From Callorhinchus milii (lineage: Eukaryota), in contig NW_024704743.1 of the NCBI RefSeq assembly GCF_018977255.1, forward strand, positions 65,350,001-65,414,000: a DNA stretch of 64,000 nucleotides, in the 5' to 3' direction. Below are positions 14,601 through 29,600 of this stretch, piece by piece; the stretch's first letter is position 1; every line of letters starts with the position of its first letter. The notes below the pieces were generated by a model. It saw only the letters and a program-made list of their open reading frames with translations, was not told where the DNA came from and did no database searches. A program made the translations under genes and the position numbers.

Positions 14601-17600
14601 TCTTTCTGCTCTCACGCTACTGGGTAACCAAAGAGAAACCAAAAATTACCTCCTTCTGTTGACCAGGATTCTCAATCGTCTTCATAAGGAAGGGGATAAC
14701 AGACAGGATTTTCAGACACAGACTAGGAATGAATTAATAGTTGCTCTTTGCAGCCTCAATGTAACTAACCAGGTATGCCTTGTCAGCTTAATTTTATAAG
14801 TGTATGTAATTCTTTATTATTATTATTAAAATTGCAAAGTATGATATGATAATTATTATTGGAAAAATTGTTCCTTGTTGAAAATTATGATCACAATCCA
14901 TCAGCAATTATTAATAATAATCCTTGCATTTGTTATAGCACCATATCATGTCATTGAAACATCTCAAAAGGCTTTACAAGATTTTACTGTAAAATGTAGT
15001 GGCTGTGCATTTGTAGGCAAACACAGGGCAGCCAATTTGTACACAACAATGTGCCACAAGCAGCCATGAATTGAATGACTGATTTTTAGCAGGAAAGTTG
15101 TTGGCTAAGACACCAGGAGAAACTTTTCTCCCTCCCTTCCTTCCTCCCTGTGTGCAATTGGTTGCCGCATTTCGTCCACAAAATATACAGCCAATTCACT
15201 TTACAGTATATCCTGTGAAGCACTTTGAGACGTCTTGAAGACAGGATAAGGCGCTATATCAACTGCAAGGGTTATTAGGATAAGATAATTGCTTTCCCCC
15301 CAACCTTTACTGAATATTGCAAAGTGTGGTATGAAAACTGTTGGTGTCCCCCCCTCCCATTCCTGATATCAGACCCAAAGCTTCCAGCAGCACCCATTGG
15401 AATTGCTGCCCAACGACTGTAGCATTTAAGTCTTGGAGTCTTGGTTCACAAAATACTGGTTCAATTTAGACTTCTTTCATTGATGCAAGTGTCAGCCTGT
15501 TCAGTTGGTAGCACTCTTGCCTCTGAATCAGAAGGTTGTGGGATTAAGCCTCACATCAGACTTTGAGTTCACAGTCTAGGCTGACGCATTAATGCCTTCA
15601 ATGTCGGTGGAGTGCTGCATTGTCAGAGGTGTCATGCTTTGCAATAGACTGCTCCAGTCTACCTTTTCAGATGGATATTGAAGATTCAATAGCACTGCTC
15701 AAAAATAGAAGGGTCTTCTCTTCCCTAACCAACAATTTCATATGTAAAATTGATCATTTGCTTCATGACTGTTTGCACTCTATCAGAAAATCAACACAGT
15801 GAATTGGTGTCATGGTGAAATCACTGAAATCACTACATACCAATTTAGTGAATCAATACAGTGAATCCATGTCACTGAATTATCACTGAAATCACTACAC
15901 ACCAATTTAGTTTCTAGGTTAAAGTAAAATTGATGTTTAGCTTTTAGAATTGTGATTTGTATTACTGAACTAAATATGGAAACAAAATAAATGATGAGGA
16001 ATTGTGTATTTCACTCGTGGAATAAAACCCCAGGCCTGAAATTTCATTAAGTTTTATCCTTAGGATCATTTTGCCTTAAAAATGAAGAATTGTGAAAAAT
16101 TCTTAATTCAATCTGAATTTGTAATTCAGTTCCTTTGAATGATGGGAAACTAGCTTCAATGTTTAATACTGAATTTAAGAATGTTCCATAATTCTGTGAG
16201 ATCTTGGATTTTGAGACAGGAGGGTTCAGCATGAAACTTGGATTGTTGGTTTTATCAAGAACAACAACTTGCATTTATATAGCGCCCTTCATGCAGGGTA
16301 GTGTCCTGGAGCACTTCTAATCCTAAAATGAAATTTACATTTTTGGTTTACACCAATAATGTTGGCATTAAATTAAGGAATACCATAAATCCGATGCCAT
16401 AGACTCTCTAGGAAACTGTGTAGGACTGTTATGTTACCGATAATGACAAAGTGGAGGGAAGTGTTCCCATTCCATGAATTTATCCAGATATTTTTGCAAA
16501 TTATTTGCTCCGGTATAGATCAGAAGTTATGACAGAATTTAATTAATTAAAAAATTTACCATCTAAAACAAAATTAAAGTTATTTATTTCAATCCAATTT
16601 TTTGGGAAAGAACAAGATTGTATTTATTCTTTCAAGAATCTTGGTTGTTAAAGAACAACAATTGAGGTTTGGCTTCTGTGCAGGTATATTGTATGCACTT
16701 GATGTTCTTGATGTCTTCCAGGGTGAAATGATTGAAACCGTGTCTACATTGCATGACCTTGTAAATGTAACCAGCCAGGTAAAGGAGCTTTCATTCTATA
16801 TTTGATATTCCATTCTATATACCATTTTAAGTGTCAGCCTGATAGTACTCTTGCCTCTGAGTCAGAAGGTTATGGGGTCAATAACAACTTGAATTTATAC
16901 ACATAATTTGATACAGAGGCAAAACATCTACCAACTGAGCCAAGATGACGCCTCAAATTGCCATTCTAGATCAAGAGAAAACCCCACATCAAGACGACTA
17001 GCTTGTTGTCTGGCTTATTGATATTCCATGCAGTGCTGGAGAAGTGCTTAATTGTTGGAGATGCTGACCTTTGGATGAGACATTAAATCAAGGTCCTGTC
17101 TGACTGTTCAGGTGGATGTTAAAGATCCCATGATACCTGAACAGGAATGTTGGTTCAACTTCTCATCTGAAGGTACCTCCAACAATGAAATGCTCCTCTG
17201 AAATGCACTAAAATGTTTCAATAGGTAAATTCATAACTGGGTGAGTTACTGAGCCAAATAAAATATGGGCTGCTGTCTTTTGACTTCTGTTAGAAATACA
17301 TATATATATGATAAAACAAATTGGTCAACACTGACTGAGAGTGCTGACACATAAAGAATGAGCACAGTACCAGAGAGTTGCCAACACCTGCAGAACAGGG
17401 GGGACAAATGGGAAGGGAAACAAACATGACTGCATATTGCACTTTAATAACACCAAAAATCTTGCTTAAATAAAGGTAACCTCAGAAAGTGCGTTTATTG
17501 TAACAAGATCTGTCAAAGAGATGGCCAAGCTTTTCAAAGTTGCGGGAGAATTCACGATGTATGAGGACTTAGTGAAGAAACTTATCTTTGTGGTGGCACA

Positions 17601-20600
17601 TGTCATGGGAGTCGTGGACAACAATACGATGAATTCAATGGATTTGTTATCTGAAGGATTGAAAGTGACAAACAAACTATTATTGGTAAGCCATTAGCAA
17701 CTGGGGCTGAAGTCCACATAATACAAATGTGAGAATGAGTCTACCTGCATAAATGTTATCTCTCATTTCCTTGTTATTTGCATGCACTGTGCTCTACCAG
17801 TAAATAATTCTTCCATTGCAAATTTGGTTTATAAGTATGTAAACATTTCTGAAAAGCATCCTACTTTTTGTGTCTTTTTAATAGTTAGTTTTTACTGGCA
17901 CCGATTAGTTGGGCCCAATGGCCCATTTCCATGCTGCATCATTCTGTGTGACTCTGTATCACTCTATGATGCACTGGGCATTGTAATCCTCATGTGAATA
18001 CAGGGTGCATTCATCAATCCCTTTGCAATCGACCATTTCCCGAATAGTATACGTACTTCCATTGGAATAACAGCTTGCGCTTATAAAAATAGGAGAATGT
18101 CTTGAAGCACTTGAACAATATGAGTAACAACATTTTATGCTAGATCAATGTTACTGTTGATAATTTAATATTTTTATTTTTAGACTTGCATGGTTTATAT
18201 ATGTTTACCTATTGCAGGCTCTGTTTTCAAGCATTAATTACTTTTTTGCAGTTGAAGTCATGGCAAAGTGTAATAACTTTCTGGTAATATTCCCTGTCTT
18301 TCAGAGATACGTCTTGATCACCAATCAATCACAGTTTTATGTTAACACCAATTTTATGGAGCTACAAATCACTCAACATTACGGCTCCCAGAGTGCAGGG
18401 CAGAGCACAGGATCCACTGGGGTTTACCTTCCTGATGATTTGGGTAGACAGATTTCTGAAAAAACTGGTCAAAATAACAGTTGTTTCATAACTCACCTGA
18501 TCAGCTTCAAACACAATCCATATTTCTGGGGAACATCACCAGTGCAGGTTGGTGTGTGTCTAACAATAACCTCATATTCTGTTTAGTAATCTTATTTTCA
18601 CCACAGAGTAATTGGGTTCAAAAAATGCTTCATGACAGATTCAATAATACTCACATTAAATCTGTTTTGAAACTGACATTTAGTGTCAATAGTTCTTGAC
18701 TGATTTGGGATACGAACACTTTCTAGACTTTTTCATTTTGATTTGAAATCCCTTTCTAAAATTGTTACAATACAGTAAGATGACCAAAAGAGGAAGGGCT
18801 CGAGAAGACGTTGAATGAAGCAAGGAAAGGGGCAAGTTGAAGGGACTCTGGGATGGAGTTCTGGACAGTGGGATTCCTTCCACATTATCTTGGATCTCTG
18901 TTTAGCGGTTGGTGGAATCAAGAGTTTATGATAGAAATCTGAGAGATCCGATAGAGGTCTTTACAATTATGAGGAATTTTGATAGTCATCTCAAATGGGA
19001 CTGAAAAAATTGCTCTTTCAGCTCAGACACAATGGGCCAAATGGCCTATTCCTGTGCTGTAAATTTCTTTGGTTTTGTATTTCAAAGAATACTTTTTATT
19101 CACTCGAGAAGCCTGGTTTGAGTGCACTTTACCAGATACTGGTTGAATTAATCCAGTATCCAATGCTATTTTAGCTCCACAAAAACATTGTTCTTTATGA
19201 TAGGGACCACGTAAATCCTTGGTCCCAACCATTGTGCCACTTCAGGTTGAAATCACCTCCTATACAATGGTTGTGCCAGAGTTTTGTGTGCTACCACTGT
19301 TGGTTTGGTTGCTGATCACCAGTTTTCAGTGTAACTTCATGGGTCGCCAGTTTAAATCAATTAGTATCACATGAAGTGTTGCTCAAATGTTGCCTCCGGG
19401 GTCAGAAACACAAGTCTTGGCCCTCTCACAGGAATCAAGACTTCTTGCCTTCTTGCCTTTTCCGGAATTTGGTTTGTGAATAGCTCAAAATGTAAGAGAT
19501 GTGTACTATAACTGTATTTCAGATTAAATCCAACTGTACAAATGAATATCACCAGAACTTTGGAATCTGCACTGTGCTTAGTTGACATCATCATTGTGTG
19601 AAGCTGCATGTTTCTATCCTGTTTTGTGCGATTCCTCCACATAGGTTAATGGGGATGTTGCTGACTTGACGATGTATAACTGCACTACCAGAAGAAAAGT
19701 GGATGTAAGGGGGCTTCAAACACCAGTTATAATAGAATTTGAAAGGAATGACGACAGAGTAAGTGCTATTCAGTATACAGAACAACACAAATAATTGTAG
19801 CAGGTAGTTAAACTTTGACAATTTATGCATTTAAGTCTCAGTGAAGTAGTAGTCTAAGCAGATGATAATAAAATAGAAACTGGTTGGAGTTGAAAAACCA
19901 GTGTTGACAAATCCAAACCCTCTGCAGTAATAATGAATTTTATCATACACAAATTATTCATCCTAGCTGGACAAGCAGTGGGAAAGCTTGCCAGACAATG
20001 CAAGCTATGTGATTTTAGCTGGTGAAACTCCACCAATGACACTCTGGGGTCCCCAAGTCTTGGCTCTTGCCAGCCTGCGGCTAATACTTTCTGAAATTAG
20101 GTAAGCAGGATGCATTTCTGTAAGGAGATTGTGCACATTCCATGAGAATTTCTATGTGTAGTTGGGATGCATGGAACTCTCGGCTTGGTTATTCCTGCAT
20201 GCTTGTGTTGGCTGACAAAAAAAATCAAATCCAGATACCTATTAAAAAAAATCTGATGTTTGATTTGCAGAAGGGACAGCTTTCTGTGTACTCGCTGCTT
20301 CGTACCCAAATGAATGTTCACATGTTCCTGGTGACACCGGAAAACCAACAGCAAGCCTTGCAGATAGAAATGAACCTCACAGAAGCTCATGAGCAAGCCT
20401 TTCCTATCATGCTCTTGATGAGGTACGACGCATTTCACATTGATTATAGTTTTACAAACCAGATTGACCTGTTTGCCTATGTGCAGAGCTTATCAATTTA
20501 TTCTTGAATGTTTCAATAGGTTTAATAAAGAGCCTACTCCAAGCCAATGCAACCTGAAACAAATATACCACTGGAATGGAAACACAATCCATGTCTTTAT

Positions 20601-23600
20601 TCCTGCAGGATCACTAATGGGTTTGTAGTGTCCTTTTCATTTCAATTGTTCCTTCATTCTTATTACATTTTACTACATACTCAAACTTCTATGCATTCCT
20701 TGAATTTAAATGAAGCTAAAAAGGTTTAACAAAGAACCTGTATTTTCATAGCACCTAATTACCTGGAAACATCTCAATGTGATAAGGGGCTATGAAAGTC
20801 ACATAGCATAGTGGTTTGCACACTTGGCCCGCAAGCGACAAAACCAGGGTTTGATTCCCAGGCAGGGCGAAACCTTAGGCAAGTTTCCTCACTCCACACG
20901 TCTTTGTTTACCTAGCAGTAAGTAGGAGCCCATTTGTGAGTTGATTGGCAGATCACTTTCGTGGGGTCCCTCCCAAAAAAATGTGGTTACTCACTCCACG
21001 ACTGTTTGTGGGACAATGCTGTGTGCAATTGGTTGCCGCATTTCACCCACAAAATACACACTTTACAATATATTCTGTGAAGTGCTTTGAGTCATCTCAA
21101 TGACATGATAAGGCACTATATCAAATACAAGGATTATTATTATCTCAATGCACTTCACAGTCTGGTGACTAGTGTCAAGTCTGGTGACTTTTTTTGTAGG
21201 CAAATGCAGCAACCACTTGCACAAGCGAAGTTCCACAAACAGCTATGAGGTGAGCGACCAAATAATCTGGATTATTGGCCTAATATCTGTATGTAGCATT
21301 TTCTCCAAAAAGGGTGTTTCTCCTGATGTCATGGCCAACAATCCCCCAGATAAAATCATTCATTCCCTTCGTGGATATCTGTGTGACATTGGTGTACGGA
21401 AATTAGCTAATGTGTTTGCCTACAAAATTCACTGGCATAACACATGCCAGTGAATCCGGTGATATGCTGTGAGATGGCTTCCTGACCTGAAAGGTGTTAT
21501 ATCAAATGCAAGGATTATTATTATTATATTTTTCTGGTGCAAATGGTAGACACGTTTTTTCTACAAAATCGATCGAGAGGCTTGACAATAATTACCTGAA
21601 AAGTTTTAAAGAGACATTTCAACATGACAAGGTACAATATAAATGCACTTTCTGTACATTAATGTGCTCTTCTGACTACCTATTTATATATCTAAATAGT
21701 CAACAACATTATTATCTATTGTGCGTTTCTGCTGTAGTGGTTTCAGATTTATTGACTACTTATCCAAATGTCAGTGGTTTGTGATCCTATTGAATGAAAC
21801 CTCCTGTAGAAGTGAACATTGGAACTGTAGAGTGCTGTATTATGGAGTGTCAGTGTAGAAATCCAGTTTTAGCCATCAAAGAGTCAATGAAGCACTTGGT
21901 GCCCTGAAATAAATAAATAAATAAATGCCAAGTGATTAAGCAGTGAAGAACAAAGATTCTCTGTTACTGTTCATGTGAGTTGATCTGAGTCTTCATTGTT
22001 TTCTTCAGACACAGGGAACTATTATCTTGGTCTTTTGGATGCCGACTATGACAGAAAACCCCAAAACCATTACCTTGCCAAGAATGTGAGCTATACTTTA
22101 AGCCTCCTGTGGACTCAGTGTCTGTATTGGGATGATATCAGAGAGTGGAAGTCTAATGGATGTTCACCCCAGAAGAAATCAGATTCACAAAAAATAAACT
22201 GCAGGTAAAAGCAATTTAAGCAAAGTGTAATGTACAAACGGACGTTGCATGAATATTCTATGTTGCAGAGAAAGTTATTTTTTTGTTGGGTAGAACAGAA
22301 TTCGTAAATGCTCCTCAAACTCACCTAAATTGGGTATCAATTCTGGCTCAGTTCATTGCACACTCTTCTCTAGGTTAGAAGGTTGTGGTTTGAATTCCCA
22401 AGCCAGACATCTTGAGCTTGTAGTCTAGTTTGACATTCTATTGCAGTGCTCGGAGAGCACTGCATTGTTTGACATGCCATCCTTTGGATCACTTGTCTAC
22501 AAATTATAGTCAGTACTTACACTATATCCTGTAAAGCTCTTTGAGACTTGCTCCCAATGTGAAAAGTGCTATGTCAAACATAAGGATTAATTATTACCGT
22601 TTGTTAAACCAAGGTTCCTGTCTGACTGTTCGGGTGGATGTTAAAGACCATTCAAAAAAGAGGCATGTTTCTCCTGGTGTCAACAATCCCACAGATAAAA
22701 TTAATCATTCACTTCATGGGGATTTGTGGGAATTTTTTTTCAGATCTTAAAATGAATAATGACTAGCTTTGTTACTGTAATATGTTGATTTCATATTGTT
22801 AATGCAATTTAATCTTCATCACTCATGGGTTGCAAATTGGCTGCCACCATCGCCCACAAAACACACAGGCCTGCTGACCGCAGTTTACTGTATACCCTGT
22901 GAAGCCCTTTGGGACATCCTCCTGATATGAAACATGTTATACTTAATGTAAAGATTATTATCATTATTATTTTAAAAATTATTATTATTATTGGGGTTGT
23001 AACGTTATTGACTTTATTTGTTTTGTATCAGTTGCGACCACTTAACAACATTCACAGTTGCACATGAGCAAGTTGAGATGAAGGATTTCACATTCACAGA
23101 TGTCTTGGCATTTATCAGGTGGGTGTTGCTCAGTGCATGAGAAGCTTTGCGTGCAACTTGATTTCTTTTCATGGATTCATGCAACATTTACTGGAAGTTA
23201 CAATTTGAAGACACCTATTCTGAATCACACTGTACAGAAGTATCTAATTTAAATTATTGATTTTGCACTTATTGTAGGTAATATTTAACACGGACCAAAG
23301 TCCAAGTGTCAAATCTTTGCTTTTACTACAACTGAACACTAATCATGTCAGTGCTCTGACGCTATTGGTCAGAACACTGACATAGTCTATTTTTTTTGAA
23401 CATCTAATGATCATTTTGTTTGAACCCATCATCATGCTTAAGAGTATCCAAATCAGACTGAGAGTTCCACAGGTTGGTGAGGATCAAAGTTTGGGATCCC
23501 GGAGTGTCTATTGGGGCACTGCTGGAGTTTAACCAACTAAAACCGCATAGGTTGTCATTAATAGCTCTGTTTCTCAAGCAACTTGCTGCTTTTTGGGATT

Positions 23601-26600
23601 CTTGGAGACAACATCCAGCAACTGTTGTTCCAAGCTGCCTTCAGTGTGCTGGGAGGACCAATACAAGACAGCTTGTGATGTGCCAGCACCCTTGATGTTC
23701 TAGAGGTCGAAGTCCAATGCCAAATACCAGGCTTGTTCAAAATCAACACCTTAATCCATGTTTTCCTCTGACAAGCTTTGGCAAATGGACATCCCATTGT
23801 GAAGCTGACTCCAGGGTGTTCAGCAACAGGTCCGTTTAGGCCGGAGCCCTTGCTCCCTTAAGCCATGTTCCCTTTTTACCACAAATCAACCTCACCGCTT
23901 GGTCCTGGTTTTTCCAAATAGGTCAGCTGGGTGTCTGACACATGCGGAAACCCATCACTATGCTTAAGAGTATCCAAAACAAACTGGGAGTTGCATGTAT
24001 CCCACCTACACATGGAAATTCTCAAGAAAACACGTCTGCTGTATGTCCAGGATCTTCTAGTATGTTTTACTGAGGTTTGCAATGTGCCCAACTAGAAGGT
24101 TGTTGTGTTTTTGTTTTCACAGTGCCTTTGAAAACTATGCTCCTTGCATCATTGTTTTATTTACCGTCATCCTCTATCTCCTACTGGTTATTGTGTGCAA
24201 ACGCATGGATTTGAACATTGAGACAAAACCTGGAATCATAGTCCTGCAGGACAATGCTCCCACTAACCAGCACCTCTATGAGATCACCACAGAGACAGGC
24301 TTTAGACCTAGGGCTGGAACTACTGCTAAGGTATTTTTTATGGTGAAGGGACTTTGTGGGAGTTGGGGTATGTGAAATAGTGAGATAGCAATTGAATGCT
24401 ACGCTGGCCAGATGGACAGTTTTTCAACCACATTCTGCACATTCTTATATTACTTTTATGTTGATGTTAACCAATTTTGGCAGCTTGGTTCAACTGGTAG
24501 CACTCTCGCCTCTGAGTCAGAAGGTTATGGGTTTAAGCTCCATGTCTTGACTTTGTAGTCACGTAGTTTACAATGATAATATAGTTCTGGGGGGGTGGGG
24601 GGCTGTTGCATTGTTGGAGATGCTGTTCTTTGAATGAGACATTAAACTGAGGTCTGTCTGTGTGTTCACATGGCACAACTCAAGAAGGGAGTTTCTCCCT
24701 GTGTCCTGGCCAACAATTCCCCAGATAAAACTGGTTCATGGCTTCATGGCTGTTTGTGAGGTACTATTGTGACTAAATTGGCTGCTGCATTTGCCTACAA
24801 GATACATGTCACAGTACATACTGTGAAGCATTTTGAAACATCCTGCTAGTGTGAAAGGAGCTATTTAAAATATTGGGATTATTTCTATTTATTTTCCACA
24901 GAATTTAGTTACCTTTCTAATGTAGCTTATTATTTTTAATCCCATTCCTCGCGGTTTCAAACCATTGATTTTCCAAATTGCTTATAATACAGTGCCTATA
25001 ACATTAAGAATGTCTCAAAGCTAATTCTCAAAATGTTTGCGAAGTGCAATGACAACGCATTTGATACCATATGATTTGATGAGAGAGGAGGGGCTGAGTG
25101 GAACTCACAGGATGTGTGTGGTTTTCCAGGTAGATCTAGCACATCTCCTAGTGGCTAGTAATAGAATGCCATTGCCACCTTGACAGGGTTGTGATCAGTG
25201 GCAGAGCAAGACCCAAAAGAGGGGAAGTGAGAAAATATGAAACCTTGAAATAAATTTGTTTTACTAATATTTCAATGAAACATTTAATCAGATAAGCGAA
25301 CATCTTAAATATTTAATAAACAAATAATCCTTGCATTTGATAGAAGCCCCTAATCACATCATCGAGACATTTCAAAGTGCTTTACAGAAATTACTGTGAA
25401 GTGTAGTGACTGTGAACTTTGTTGGTAAATACACAGCCAATTTGTATTTGGGAGATTGTTGGCCAGGATAAACTCCCTTCTCTTTTTGAATCATGCTGGG
25501 AACTGTCCACTTAAATAAGCAGACAATAAGAACAACAATAAATTCCACCTGTATAGCAGCTTTCACATCAGGGGAATATCCCACAGTGCTGGGTAGTTGA
25601 GGGTTTCCACCCAAGTTGGGGCTGGATTCGAGAGGGTTAAGAGCTATTTCTCAAACAAAACAGAATTTTCCATCAAACTGATGCCCATGAAATTAATAAA
25701 CAACTTGTATTCATATAGAACCTTCCACACGGGATAGCATCGCAAAGTGGTTTATAAAGACAAAAGACTTTGAGGAGGATGGGAAGGAGGGGAGTTTGAG
25801 GACATTGAACAAAAGCACTTAGAAGAGTTTTTAAATGGAGAAGCAGAAGGCAAAATAATTTTGGGAGAGAGTGGCAGAGGGCAGGGGAATAATGAAAGCA
25901 CAGCCACTGATGATGAGACAGAAGGAACGAGGAATGAGCAGTAGCCTAGAATTGGAGGAGAAGAAGGTAAAGCAGGAGAATGGTGTTGGAGGAGAATGCA
26001 GTGTTATAGAGAATGTTACCATTCAGGTGACTGTTGTTAGTGATAACTATATTATTGCCATAATTAACTTTCCCTTTCTCAGGTACACATCAACTTACAC
26101 GGAGAAAATGGTGTTTCTGAAACAAGAGAATTATACCACTCTGAGAAACAATTATTTGAGAGGAATTCTAGACACAAATTTATTATGAGGTATTTCCAGT
26201 TGATAATTTAATATCAAATTGACAATTTTTTTTTAAATTTGTAATTTTGTTTGTATTTTATAAGTTTATATTTTGAAAAATATCTTGCGGTAGATGTATC
26301 TACCATTTATCTACTACTGACCTATCTCCAAAATGGAGAGAGCATTAAAATCATGCTCCCTTTGACTGGAAAGTACTCCCATCAAGTTGTATCTTAAAAG
26401 CAAATATTTGAATTCTGTATATCATATCAGATAAAGGAGGGGTTTGATAATGTTCTTGCAAGGGGCTACAGTTTCTAGAAGATATCTTTCCCAAGCTATC
26501 TACAGGACAAAGGGATCATGGCAAGGAGCGTGAGAAAGTACTTGTATCAACCTTGCATTGTCACTCCAGCAGTGTGGTAACAAGAGTCTAATATTAACAT

Positions 26601-29600
26601 GGGGTGTAGACCTGTTTGTATTCACTCTTACCTATTTCCGTGGCTTCACTTCACTTCTTCCAGCAGCTTCTCTTCCCACCTCCGCCCAGTAAGGTGTTTC
26701 GCAGAGCTTTATCCTCCATCTTCTCCTTTTCACCATCTATATGCTCCTCTTTGGTAGCATCACACATGACATCCAACGCTATGTCTCAGTCTTTACCTTT
26801 GATTCCAGGACTACTGCTGTTCTGCTGTTTTGACTGATTGTTCCTCAGACATCAAGTCTTGGATGAGCTGTAATATTTATCGATTGAATGTCATGGAAGA
26901 CCAAGACTCTATGCTTGACTCCCATCAGCACTTCCTCATCTCAGGCGCTGACTACATCAACCTAAATGGGTGTCACTCCACCAGAGCTGGTGTGGAACTT
27001 CATTGTCTTGTTTGATTCCCAACTGTCCTTCAAACCTGACACCTGTGGGCTCTCACTTGCTCAGCTTTTCCTCACCACTGCAACATCATTCGTCTCCAAC
27101 ACTACCTCATCAGAATCCAAGACTCTCATCCACACCTTCAACACATCCAGGCAGGATTATTTCAATTCCCCATACTCCTCAGCTCGTCCCTATACAAGCT
27201 GCAAACCATCCAGAACTCTGTAGCTCTTAACCTTTCCTACAACAGGCTCCGTGAGCCCATCATTTCCCTCCTGGGTTGGCTCCAATGTTGCCATCCTCAG
27301 GGGATTGAATTCAAGATTGTCGTCCTTACATTCAGGTCGCTCCATGACCTCACTCCACCCTACTTCTGAAACCCTCTAACTGCCACCTCTACTCCCTCTA
27401 CTAACTACTCGGTTCAGCACACAGGCCTTGCTGCATGTCCTCCACCTGACCAGGGCATTCTGCCCTGCTCTCTGGAACTCCATCTCAGAGTCCCTCCAAT
27501 TTGTCCCCTTCCTCCCACCCTGCCTTCAAAATCCACCCTAAAATCTATCTATACACTTTACAGTGAATCCTGTGAAGCATTTACAGATGTCCTTCTGACG
27601 TAAACGGTGCTATATCAAATGCAGAATTTATTATTATGATTACAAAGAGTGACTTAATACTGAAAATACATTTGAATTGAATCAATCTGGGTTTTCTTTT
27701 CATAGTGTTCCAGAGAGTCTTGGTCCAATATGGAAGGTCTACCTTTGGCACGATAATGGGGGTCATTCACCCAGCTGGTACCTGAGCTCTGTGGTGGTAA
27801 AGGACCTGATGACAGGCACAAGCTGGTTCTTCCCTGCAGAATGCTGGCTTGCACTGGATAAAGGTGATGGAAAGATACAACGAGAGCTCATCCCTCTAAA
27901 CCACGGTCCTGGGTTTAAGAAGGTAATGCATCACTCACAATGATCTTACTATTGGAAATATTTAAAAGAATGAATTTCCTCTAATCTAGAGTTAAAATAA
28001 TTGTGGTATTCCTAAACAATATTGCTTTCCCTATTAAAGTATCAATGATAACCTGTGTTTTCAAATACTACCAGCGTATGATGCCTTACCAGCAGGGAAA
28101 TCAAAAAATCGCCCTTCTGAGTTGAGTATATTCCAGTGATATTGGTTGACTCAATCTGAGTTATAATAATAATCCTGGCATTTGATATAGTGCCTTTCAT
28201 ATCTTGTAGACATCTCAAAGCACTTCACAAAATATATTGTAAAGTGAATTGACTGTATATTTTGTGGGCAAACCTCCTCCTGGAGTGAAAGGCGCTAATA
28301 TAAATGAAAATGAATATTTAAATAAATATAAATGAAAATTGAATTGTATTGTATATTTGGAACACAAAACATTTCCATACAAATAGACATTTTATTTGCA
28401 CCAGCTTCTGTATAGCAAACTAACTGAATACCTGGAAGATTTTCACCTCTGGGGATCAGTGTACAGTCGTCCGTCCTACAGCTCGTGTACTCATACCCAG
28501 CGCCTCACTGTCTGCCTGTGCCTCCTGCTCAGCTACATGTGCCTCAATGCTGTGCTGACAAGCCTAAAGGACGAGGAGGTCAGAAACATTGTTCATTGTT
28601 AAAACTTTCAGTTTATCTCTCAAAGAGGGGCACTATTATGCTATGAGTTAACACTTCACATTTATGTTGGAATTTTTCTTTTTGTTTCCAGTATACAGCT
28701 GAGCTGGGTCTTATCGATGTCTCAACAGTTTCCCTTGTTACCGGTTTGATCACTAACATTGCAGTTCTGCCATTTGTAGTGCTGGTATCATTGTTGTTCA
28801 GGTTCAGCAAGGTGAGCTCATGCATTGTGGCATCCTTTTTAATTTCTGTGGTTCAGACAAATTCCAATCAATATATGATAAATGACTTACCATCCATGTG
28901 TCTTCACATTAGATTAAAGTTCAGAGGCAAAATCCTTCAGAAGAACAATGTGGAACTATGAGAGAGATCAATGTATATTCTGTTGAAGGTGAGATATATT
29001 CAGTATTTATAGTACTCAGTGGTTGAACCGAGATTCAAGATAGAAAAAGAGCATCTTTGAAAGATCAGAGCCATTGAAAATCTAATGCTTGCGAGACAGA
29101 TTTTCTGTTGTGTTCATTGCAATTGACCTTAAGAGTGACCTACACAGAGGCTTTCTGGAGAATGATGTAAGACACTGGAGAAGGGACATTGCACTGCTAT
29201 TCCCTCAATGCTTCATTACTTAGTGTGAAATTAAGCAGGAAAGTCTCAGATTTGATGTCAGTCTGTGACAATTTTGCTGATCACAGCCAGAACCAGAGCA
29301 AGGCCTTGCTTCAAATAACGTCAGAACTTTGGTAAAGGGTGAAGAAAAATCAGACAAAGTTCCCACTGCTGACAGCTAGGCTTTCTACTCCTGATCACTA
29401 ACCACTTTTTGTGTCAGAAAGTGTGAGGATTTCAAATGAGATCAGTTTCAGAATTAGCTTCAGGTGTAATCCCCCCAGTCAAATAGTCTGTCAACACTCC
29501 ACTCTTTCAACAACAACAAATTGCATTTCTGTAGCGCCCTTTACACTTGCATTTTTTTAATATCTTGTCTAAGTTGATACATGAAGAATGGCTATTTGGG

